In this document: positions 8,366-14,945 of the stretch, piece by piece
Layout of the letters: every line of letters begins with the position of its first letter
Numbering within the stretch: position 1 is the stretch's first letter
Source of the DNA: Acidobacteriota bacterium
GTDB lineage: Bacteria; Acidobacteriota; Blastocatellia; RBC074
Assembly: GCA_041160645.1 (NCBI GenBank)
Contig: JBEAVZ010000113.1
Location: 1-41,836 of the forward strand
DNA length: 41,836 nucleotides
Direction of reading: 5' to 3'
Notes under the pieces: model-generated
The model's database searches: none
What the model saw: the letters and a program-made list of their open reading frames with translations, nothing else
What the model was told of the DNA's origin: nothing
Translations under genes and position numbers: made by a program

Positions 8366-9939
8366 CAACCGAGGCGGAGCCTGGAACTGACCAGCAGGTC
8401 GAGAAGACGTTCAAGCTGAATGACGAATGGCTGGCCGGCATTCTCGCCTCGGCCATGGATGCGATCATCACCATCGACGAGCAGCACCGGATTGTCCTCT
8501 TCAACCAGGCGGCTGAACGGATGTTCCGGTACGAAGCGACGGCGGTTCTGGGGACGTCGCTCGACCGGTTGCTTCCGGACCGGTATCGACAGGCCCACGA
8601 AAAACATATCGACGAGTTTGGCCGCACCAAGGTCACCCAGCGACAGATGGGTCAGATCCGCCCCCTCTCCGGACTCCGGTCCAATGGGGAAGAGTTCCCG
8701 ATCGAGGCGTCGATCTCGCAGATCAAAGCTGATGGTCAGCGCCTCTTCACGGTCATCATTCGCGATATTACCGAGAAGAAGCGGCTCGAGTCGCAGTTGC
8801 TGCGGGCCCAGCGGATGGAGAGTATCGGAACCCTGGCCGGCGGCATCGCCCACGATCTGAACAATGTGCTCTCCCCGATCCTGACAGCGACGGAACTGCT
8901 GCAGATGCGCACTTCCAGCGAGAGCGACGAGGGGACCCTCCGGCTGCTGAACATCATCCAGACCAACGCCGTGCGCGGCGGGGAGATGATCCGGCAGGTT
9001 CTCTCCTTCGCCCGTGGCGTCGACGGGGACTACAGCCAGCTTCAACCGAATCATCTGATCCGAGAGATCGTCAAGATCCTGAGCGACATCTTCCCAAAGA
9101 ATATCGAGATCAGTTTCTCCATCAACGCCAACCTCTGGTACGTCTATGGCGACGCCACACAGCTTCACCAGGTGCTCATGAACCTCTGCGTCAACGCCCG
9201 TGACGCGATGCCTGATGGTGGAAAGTTGCGGATCGAGGCCGAGAATATCGAGGTTGACGAACACTATGCCCGGATGAACGTGGAGGCCAAACCCGGCCGG
9301 TACGTGCGTTTGCTGGTCCAGGATAACGGCTCCGGGATTCCGGGAGAGATTCTCGACAAGATCTTCGATCCGTTCTTTACGACCAAGAAGCCGGGTCAGG
9401 GAACCGGTCTTGGCCTTTCGACGGTGGCCGGAATCCTGCGCAGCCACGGCGGCTTCGTCAACGTCTACAGTGAGGTCGACAAGGGCACCCACTTCACCAT
9501 CTATCTCCCGGCGAGCCAGAACCAGCAGGCGGTCGCGGCGCCGGCAGCCAAGGTCGATCTGCCGACTGGTCAGGGCGAGTTGATTCTGGTCGTTGATGAC
9601 GAGCCGTCGATTCGGGAGGTGGCCCGGGAGACCCTGCTGACCTTTGGCTACCGAGTGGTCACGGCTAACGATGGGACTGATGCCCTCGCCCAGTTTGCGA
9701 CCCATCGTCACGAGATCAGACTGGTCATCACCGATATGATGATGCCATTTATGGATGGTCCGGCGACCATTCGCGCACTGCGCAAGCTCGATCCGGAGGT
9801 GCGGGTCATCGCCACCAGTGGACTCAAGGCCAATGCGCGCCACGCCGAGATCTCGCAACTTGGGGTCAACAGTTTTCTGACCAAGCCTTATACCGCTGAA
9901 ACATTGATTCGCACGATCGCGGCAGTCCTCGAATCGTGA
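8353..9939 (+). CDS. PAS-domain hybrid sensor histidine kinase with C-terminal receiver domain
   Basis: PAS region ([29 protein letters not shown]). H-box [15 protein letters not shown]-box [13 protein letters not shown]-boxes DNGSGI and GTGLGLS. REC domain ([11 protein letters not shown] ... [11 protein letters not shown]). The ATG at 8353 has GGAGAAG upstream and overlaps the preceding gene by 13 nt. Confidence 0.9.
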   Translation: MEKLTTEAEPGTDQQVEKTFKLNDEWLAGILASAMDAIITIDEQHRIVLFNQAAERMFRYEATAVLGTSLDRLLPDRYRQAHEKHIDEFGRTKVTQRQMGQIRPLSGLRSNGEEFPIEASISQIKADGQRLFTVIIRDITEKKRLESQLLRAQRMESIGTLAGGIAHDLNNVLSPILTATELLQMRTSSESDEGTLRLLNIIQTNAVRGGEMIRQVLSFARGVDGDYSQLQPNHLIREIVKILSDIFPKNIEISFSINANLWYVYGDATQLHQVLMNLCVNARDAMPDGGKLRIEAENIEVDEHYARMNVEAKPGRYVRLLVQDNGSGIPGEILDKIFDPFFTTKKPGQGTGLGLSTVAGILRSHGGFVNVYSEVDKGTHFTIYLPASQNQQAVAAPAAKVDLPTGQGELILVVDDEPSIREVARETLLTFGYRVVTANDGTDALAQFATHRHEIRLVITDMMMPFMDGPATIRALRKLDPEVRVIATSGLKANARHAEISQLGVNSFLTKPYTAETLIRTIAAVLES

Positions 9940-10022
9940 CGAGTCAGGTTGGCGATCACGGGTGAGGCTGGACCTGGTGGTTGGTGGCCAATCGCCAGGA
10001 TCGGAAGGGCCGCCAGCCGCTT

Positions 10023-10057
10023 CAGAGCCCATTCGTCCGGCAAGAGAGTGGGCTCTG
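10023..10057 (+). terminator. Hairpin (9-bp stem CAGAGCCCA/TGGGCTCTG, 17-nt loop) about 85 nt after the kinase stop; no U-tract
   Basis: Arms 10023-10031 and 10049-10057 are exact complements. No T-run follows, so a terminator function is uncertain. Confidence 0.25.
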
Positions 10058-10286
10058 ATCAAACTGGCATATCACGACCGGGGGAGTGGTGGTCAGAGGC
10101 GGGATGCCCTCCGCTGCTGGAGCGCTGACCCTGGAGGCTCGACCAGTGATCAGCGACTCCCGCAGAGAGGTTGGCTGAGGACGCAGACTTTATAAACAGG
10201 CCAAATAATCAGGCCAGATTAAATGGCCAGACAGAGTTTTCGGATAACCCTCGCAAATTGATGTTCAACTGTTGTTCAGTAATGTC

Positions 10287-10390
10287 CCTCACGAGAAGAG
10301 GAGGTCCGGGATACTTACATTCCAGCGCATCGGCCACCCCTAGCTACTCTGCACTACCATGCCCATACCCATCACTCTCTTCTCGTGAGG
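10287..10390. repeat. 14-bp perfect inverted repeat (CCTCACGAGAAGAG ... CTCTTCTCGTGAGG) enclosing 76 nt
   Basis: Arms 10287-10300 and 10377-10390 are exact reverse complements. The unit lies inside a gene-free region and has no flanking direct duplication. Confidence 0.7.
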
Positions 10391-10474
10391 CTTCTTGCCG
10401 TGGAGACTGGTCTCTGCGGCAATCACCAGCGGTGTAACAAGGTGGCCTGCCGACCTGAAAGCGGCGCGTAGCGA

Positions 10475-10510
10475 ACCTCGCGCCCGACCTCGCGCCCGAC
10501 CTTGCGTGTG
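10475..10510. repeat. 12-bp tandem repeat ACCTCGCGCCCG x3 (third unit diverged)
   Basis: acctcgcgcccg / acctcgcgcccg / accttgcgtgtg, read directly. Confidence 0.7.
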
Positions 10511-10805
10511 GTCGACCTCACGCCTGTCTCCCCTGATTGGAGACAGCCCTTGTACACCGGGATTTGTATCTTCAAAGAACTGATTCGGAAAAGAACAGCT
10601 TCGGAGACGACGTTAAGTCGGTGGAAGAAGTTCTGATCGACCCACGCCAAAGGCTCGCGAGTGTGGCTTGGGCTGGCTGAGCTATCACAAACTATTGCGC
10701 GTGGGTCAGAGTGTGCTCTTATCGCTGGCCTGGCGAGGGGAGGATGGCGGCCGCCCCTCCAGACCGTTCCTGTTTTGCTGCGCACCCGGGCTTCATTGCC
10801 GAGAG

Positions 10806-10840
10806 AGCCGGCTCGTTCAGTTCCCGGCTTTTCTGTTTTC
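10806..10840 (+). terminator. Terminator-like hairpin AGCCGG-12 nt-CCGGCT followed by TTTTCTGTTTTC (plus strand)
   Basis: 6-bp GC stem (10806-10811 with 10824-10829) plus a U-rich tail at 10830-10840. The stem is short and the loop long, so confidence is modest. Confidence 0.35.
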
Positions 10841-10880
10841 CATTACGCTCATTACGCTCATAACGCCCATTACGCATTAC
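10841..10880. repeat. 9-bp tandem repeat CATTACGCT, about 4 units
   Basis: cattacgct / cattacgct / cataacgcc / cattacgca / ttac..., read directly. It begins immediately after the terminator-like hairpin. Confidence 0.75.
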
Positions 10881-10960
10881 TGGTACCTCTTCTTTGTCGG
10901 GATTCTGGCTGCTCTGGTCTCCTCTTTTGTCGCGAGCCCGTTTTCTTATCTCCCGGCTCC

Positions 10961-11116
10961 TGACTTCCCCACTCCCGACTTCCCACTCCTGACTTCTCAC
11001 TCCCGACTTCTCACTCCTGACTTCCCACTCCCTACTGGCCACTCCTGACTTCTCACTCCCTACTTCTCACTCCCTACTGGCCACTCCCGACTTCTCACTC
11101 CCTACTGGCCGCTTCC
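10961..11116. repeat. 14-bp tandem array, 11 units (YGACTTCYCACTCC / CTACTGGCCACTCC / CTACTTCTCACTCC variants)
   Basis: Unit boundaries read directly: 10961, 10976, 10990, 11004, 11018, 11032, 11046, 11060, 11074, 11088 and 11102. The first and last units are 15 nt. The period is not a multiple of 3. The plus strand is pyrimidine-rich, and the minus strand reads GGAGUGRGAAGUCR. Confidence 0.9.
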
Positions 11117-11137
11117 GGACCGGGGCCGACCGGGGAG

Positions 11138-11171
11138 AGGCAGGCGATCCTGCCCCCAGGATCACCTGCCT
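11138..11171. other. Strong hairpin: 15-bp stem (one C-A mismatch) with CCCC loop
   Basis: AGGCAGGCGATCCTG (11138-11152), cccc, CAGGATCACCTGCCT (11157-11171). No U-tract on either strand. Confidence 0.7.
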
Positions 11172-11215
11172 TGTGGACCATCAGCGACGATCGATGACCT
11201 TTCAGTAAATACCCT

Positions 11216-11269
11216 TTGTCATCGAACCCGTCGCATTTGCTTTATAAAGACGTGAGAATTTCTCTCCAA
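11216..11269. promoter_or_regulatory. AT-rich promoter-like region around the palindrome CTTTATAAAG: minus strand TTGGAG-17 nt-TATAAA; plus strand TTGTCA-19 nt-TTTATA
   Basis: Minus strand: -35 is the reverse complement of 11264-11269, -10 is the reverse complement of 11241-11246, with an exact 17-nt spacer. Plus strand: TTGTCA at 11216-11221 and TTTATA at 11241-11246, with a long 19-nt spacer. Hexamer matching by eye only. Confidence 0.3.
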
Positions 11270-11500
11270 TTCCCTCCATTCCCAACTTTATTTTATCTCT
11301 GGAAGTTTTCTTTCGACGGCCGGTGGATCCATGATTGAATGTGGCGGGTGTGGTGAAAGACGCGGGGCGGCGAGATCCATCTTCCGCTTCGAACCCAGCT
11401 TGTGCCGCGAGATTCCACAGGCACGATGAAGCGTATCGACAATATGGCTGACGGGATGAAGGTCTTCCCGGACCTTGACGGTCCGGGGGAGGAGAAGAGA

Positions 11501-14155
11501 TTGAATTCACGATCATACATGCTGAGCACCACGGCGGTCCTCGAGTCCCTGACCGTCGACAGCCAAACCGGGCTCGCGGCTGAAGAGGTCATCCGGCGGC
11601 GCGCGCGGACGGGGTGGAATCGGCTCGCGGAGGTGCGTGGACTTCAGCCCTGGCGAATCTTCCTCGCCCAGTTTAAGAGTCTGGTCATTGGCCTCCTGGG
11701 AGTTGCGGCAACCGTGGCCTGGGTGACGGGCGGGCGGATCGAAGCGCTGGCGATCCTGGTCGTCCTGCTGGTCAACGCCCTGATCGGTTTTCTGATGGAG
11801 TGGCAGGCCGGGCGGGCACTGGAAGCGTTGCGCCGGCAGACAAGATCGCTGGCGCGGGTTCGGCGTGACGGTGTTGAGGAGGTGGTTGAAGCGGAAGAGT
11901 TGGTGCCCGGGGATATCGTCATTCTCAATCCCGGGGATCGGGTTCCGGCAGATCTGCGCCTGATCGAGGCCGCGAATCTGCGGACGGAGGAGTCGGCGCT
12001 GACGGGTGAGAGCACGCCGGTCAATAAGTCGACCGACCCGGTGGGCGAGGGCACATTGCTCGCCGAGCGCTATTCGATGGTCTACCTTGGCACATCGGTC
12101 GCGGCGGGGCGGGCGATTGGCGTGGTGACAGAGACCGGGAGCGCAACGGAGCTCGGCAAAATCGGCACGCTGGTGGCGGAGACGGCGGATGAAGTGACCC
12201 CACTGCGGCAGCAACTGGACGATCTGGGTCGGCAGTTGGTCTACCTGGTCCTCGGGATTGGAGTGGTGATCTTCTTCGCCGGCTGGTGGCGTGGGGATGG
12301 GTTGCTGGTCATGCTCGAGACGGCGATCAGCCTTGCCGTAGCCGCAGTTCCCGAGGGTCTGCCGACGGTGACGACCCTGATTCTGGCATTGGGAGTATTG
12401 CGAATGGCGCGGGCCAACGCGATCGTCCGCCACTTGCCGGCGGTGGAGACGCTCGGCAGCGCCACCGTAATCTGCACCGACAAGACGGGCACGCTGACCG
12501 AGAACCGGATGGTCGTGCGTGAATTCCGGCTTGGAGATGGTCGAACCATCAGCGTCGGGACGACCGGGGCGCGCAGAGAGCCGGAGGTCGATCAATTGTG
12601 GCGACGAACGCTGGAGGCGGCGGCGCTCTGCAATGAAGCCTCACTGAGTGGCCGTGGGGAGACGATTGGCGATCCGACCGAGACGGCGCTGCTCGAATCG
12701 GCGCGTGACTTTGGCGTCGACATCGACCAGCTGCGCCTTGGTTTTCCGAAGGTGGCCGAAGAGCCTTTCGACACGGCAACGCGCCGCATGATCACCGTTC
12801 ACCGGCAGGCTGAGGGAGGCGAGCGAGTGTGTCTGAAAGGGGCGCCATCGGTCGTCCTCGGCATGTGCTCCGGAGTTGCCATCGGCGGCGCGGCGGGGGA
12901 TGGCGTAGCGATCATCGAATTGAGCGAGGAGCGTCGACAAGTGCTGCGTGAGCAGAACGAGGAGATGGCCGGCAAAGCGCTGCGGGTCCTCGCGATCGCC
13001 GAGAAGCGGGCTGACGGTTCGATCAGTGATCGTGACCAGGGTTACCATTTTCTGGGCCTGATTGGCATGCTCGATCCACCACGCCGCGAGGCGGCCCCGG
13101 CGATCGAAAGGGCCTATGAGGCCGGGATTCGCGTGATCATGCTGACCGGAGATCAGTTGAATACGGCCCGGGCCATCGCCCGCGAGTTGCGGATCGAGGA
13201 ACGGGGAGAGCTGGTGGCGCGCCACGCCCGGGAGCTAGCCGCGGTAAGTGGTCCGGAACTGGCCAGGCTGGCCGGGAGCGTTCAGGTCTTTGCGCGGGTC
13301 TCACCGGAGGACAAACTGCGCATCGTCGAGGCGCTGAAGGAGGCCGGGGAGGTGGTCGCGGTGACGGGCGATGGGGTGAACGACGCTCCGGCGCTGAAAC
13401 GGGCGGATATCGGCGTGGCCATGGGGCAGCGGGGGACGGAGACTGCCCGTGAGGCGGCCGATGTCGTGCTTACCGACGACAACTTCGCGACGATCATCAA
13501 GGCGGTTGAGGGTGGACGGACCATCTATGCCAACATCGCCAAATTTGTCCAGTTGATGCTCTCGGAGAATCTGGCCGAGGTCATCTTTATCTTTCTGGCG
13601 ATCGTGCTCGGTCTGCCGTTGCCGCTCCTGCCGCTCCAGATTCTCTGGATCAACCTGGTGACTGACATCTTTCCGGCGCTGGCCCTCGCCCTTGAACCGC
13701 CATCCGCCGAGATTATGAAGAGCCCTCCCCGGCGGGCCGCAAACTCGATGCTCTCCGGATCGTTCTTTGTGCTGGTTGGCTGGCAGGGGCTCATGCTCGC
13801 GCTGATCTGTCTGGGATACTATATGCTCGCGCTGGAGAAGTATGGGCCGGGCGAGCATGCCCGGACGATCGCCCTCTTCACCGTCATCGGTGTCCAGGTC
13901 GGGCATCTCTTCAACTGTCGTTCACGGGTCAGATCGGCCTTCGAAGGACTCTTCGTCAATCGCTATATCTGGCTGGCAATCCTCGTCGTCGGGATTCTGC
14001 AACTGCTGGCGGTCTATCTCGAGCCGCTTCCAACACTACTGCAGACCCGGCTGATCGACCAGACCGATCTGGCGGCGATTATCGGGTCGATCATTCTTCC
14101 CGTCCTGATCGTCGAGGCGGTCAAACTGGTCTCGCGGCTGCGTCAGCGCGGATAG
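11501..14155 (+). CDS. P-type cation-transporting ATPase (P2/P3-like, Ca2+/Mg2+-type)
   Basis: Motifs ALTGES, AAVPEGLP, ICTDKTGTLTEN (phosphorylation Asp) and TGDGVNDAPALKRADIGVAMG. The start is uncertain. I favour the in-frame TTG at 11501, 6 nt after GGAGGAG (11488-11494). Alternatives are ATG 11519, ATG 11426 and the track start GTG 11402. Confidence 0.85.
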   Translation: MNSRSYMLSTTAVLESLTVDSQTGLAAEEVIRRRARTGWNRLAEVRGLQPWRIFLAQFKSLVIGLLGVAATVAWVTGGRIEALAILVVLLVNALIGFLMEWQAGRALEALRRQTRSLARVRRDGVEEVVEAEELVPGDIVILNPGDRVPADLRLIEAANLRTEESALTGESTPVNKSTDPVGEGTLLAERYSMVYLGTSVAAGRAIGVVTETGSATELGKIGTLVAETADEVTPLRQQLDDLGRQLVYLVLGIGVVIFFAGWWRGDGLLVMLETAISLAVAAVPEGLPTVTTLILALGVLRMARANAIVRHLPAVETLGSATVICTDKTGTLTENRMVVREFRLGDGRTISVGTTGARREPEVDQLWRRTLEAAALCNEASLSGRGETIGDPTETALLESARDFGVDIDQLRLGFPKVAEEPFDTATRRMITVHRQAEGGERVCLKGAPSVVLGMCSGVAIGGAAGDGVAIIELSEERRQVLREQNEEMAGKALRVLAIAEKRADGSISDRDQGYHFLGLIGMLDPPRREAAPAIERAYEAGIRVIMLTGDQLNTARAIARELRIEERGELVARHARELAAVSGPELARLAGSVQVFARVSPEDKLRIVEALKEAGEVVAVTGDGVNDAPALKRADIGVAMGQRGTETAREAADVVLTDDNFATIIKAVEGGRTIYANIAKFVQLMLSENLAEVIFIFLAIVLGLPLPLLPLQILWINLVTDIFPALALALEPPSAEIMKSPPRRAANSMLSGSFFVLVGWQGLMLALICLGYYMLALEKYGPGEHARTIALFTVIGVQVGHLFNCRSRVRSAFEGLFVNRYIWLAILVVGILQLLAVYLEPLPTLLQTRLIDQTDLAAIIGSIILPVLIVEAVKLVSRLRQRG

Positions 14156-14167
14156 CGGGTCGTTGGG

Positions 14168-14926
14168 CTACCTGAAGAGATCCCTCTCCCTGGGGCGAAT
14201 CAGTTCTGTTGCCCGGGACGAAGCGGTCTGTTCAACACGAAGACCGCGGAGGATGACGACAGGTATCCGTGAGGTCTTCTTCATGAGCAGTCCGCTGGCC
14301 GCCGCAATCTCATCAGCCACAGCCAGAACCGTGGCCGAGAGATCCTTGCCGTGATCGTCTTTTTGACCGCGCAGATCGGTCAGAGGACGCATGCCGGAGA
14401 TGCCAATGGCCACATTGGTCAGCCCTTCCCGCCAGGCACGGCCAAAGGTATCGGTGATGATGACGGAGAGGGAGCAGCCGGCTGCCGATTCGAGCGTCTG
14501 GCGGAGCTGCCAGGCTGAACGGTCAGGGTCGACCGGAAGGAGCGAGATCATGTCTTCTCCGACAACATTCGAGCGATCGACTCCGGCATTGGCGCAGATA
14601 AAGCCGTGATGAGTTTCAGTAATCAGGACGTGGGGATCGATCCGCAGAAGGGTCGAAGATTCAGAGAGAATCGCCTCGATCAAACGCGGATCGCGCCCCT
14701 GCAGTTGAGCGATGTGGACAGCCTGCTCAGACGGGGTGATCGTCGCCAGATCGACCAGGCGCCCTTCTGCTTTGGAGACCACCTTCTGGGCGACAATAAT
14801 GATATCATCAGCTGTGAGACTTATTCCGGCAGCGGTCAGCGCAGCGAGAATCGCCTGGGCAAGATTGTCTCCAGGGTGGATCTCCGCGATGCCCGGGACA
14901 GGTATCATTTGAATCAAATCGGTCAA
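14168..14926 (-). CDS. cofE: Coenzyme F420-0:L-glutamate ligase (CofE / FbiB N-domain family)
   Basis: IPVPGIAEIHPGDNLAQAI ... DDIIIVAQKVVSKAEGRLVDL ... THHGFICANAGVDRSNV matches the CofE pattern. The start may instead be the internal Met at 14908. Confidence 0.75.
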   Translation of the reverse strand: MTDLIQMIPVPGIAEIHPGDNLAQAILAALTAAGISLTADDIIIVAQKVVSKAEGRLVDLATITPSEQAVHIAQLQGRDPRLIEAILSESSTLLRIDPHVLITETHHGFICANAGVDRSNVVGEDMISLLPVDPDRSAWQLRQTLESAAGCSLSVIITDTFGRAWREGLTNVAIGISGMRPLTDLRGQKDDHGKDLSATVLAVADEIAAASGLLMKKTSRIPVVILRGLRVEQTASSRATELIRPRERDLFR

Positions 14927-14945
14927 GGGGGAGAGTTCCTCTTGT

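Noticed and set aside
8236-10062. 608-aa minus-strand ORF, the longest ORF in this part of the track
   Set aside because: It is entirely antisense to the histidine kinase gene, which carries canonical H, N, G1 and G2 boxes. Its translation is Arg/Gly/Asp/Pro-rich with no recognisable motif. This is a typical high-GC shadow ORF.
10668-11048. ORFs translating the tandem repeats (126 aa on the plus strand, 107 aa on the minus strand)
   Set aside because: The 14-nt period shifts the frame every unit, so the peptides (PDFPTPDFPLLTSHS..., EWEVRSEKSGVRSQEWEV...) are translation artefacts of non-coding repeats. There is no SD or start context.
10961-11116. CRISPR array interpretation of the 14-nt repeats
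   Set aside because: The units are contiguous with no spacers and are far shorter than CRISPR repeats. No cas genes lie in the window.
9940-11400. Known housekeeping RNAs (RNase P, tmRNA, SRP RNA, 6S) or a riboswitch (M-box, cobalamin) in the long intergenic region and upstream of the TonB receptor
   Set aside because: I could not find the conserved cores I remember on either strand: GAGGAAAGUCC for RNase P, the GGGGCUGAUUCUGGAUUCGAC-type 5' end for tmRNA, the SRP domain IV motif, or the B12 box. This is a by-eye search only, so an Infernal scan is still needed.
11331-11429. 32-codon upstream ORF (MIECGGCGERRG...) as an independent gene
   Set aside because: ORFs of this length arise by chance in high-GC DNA, and its SD is weak (GGTGGA). 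I mention it only as a possible leader peptide in the ATPase-leader finding.
11513-13906. Several minus-strand ORFs of 136-360 aa across the ATPase gene
   Set aside because: They are antisense to a P-type ATPase with all signature motifs, so they are shadow ORFs. The same reasoning applies to 22190-23642 (minus strand), which lies opposite the FtsX permease.
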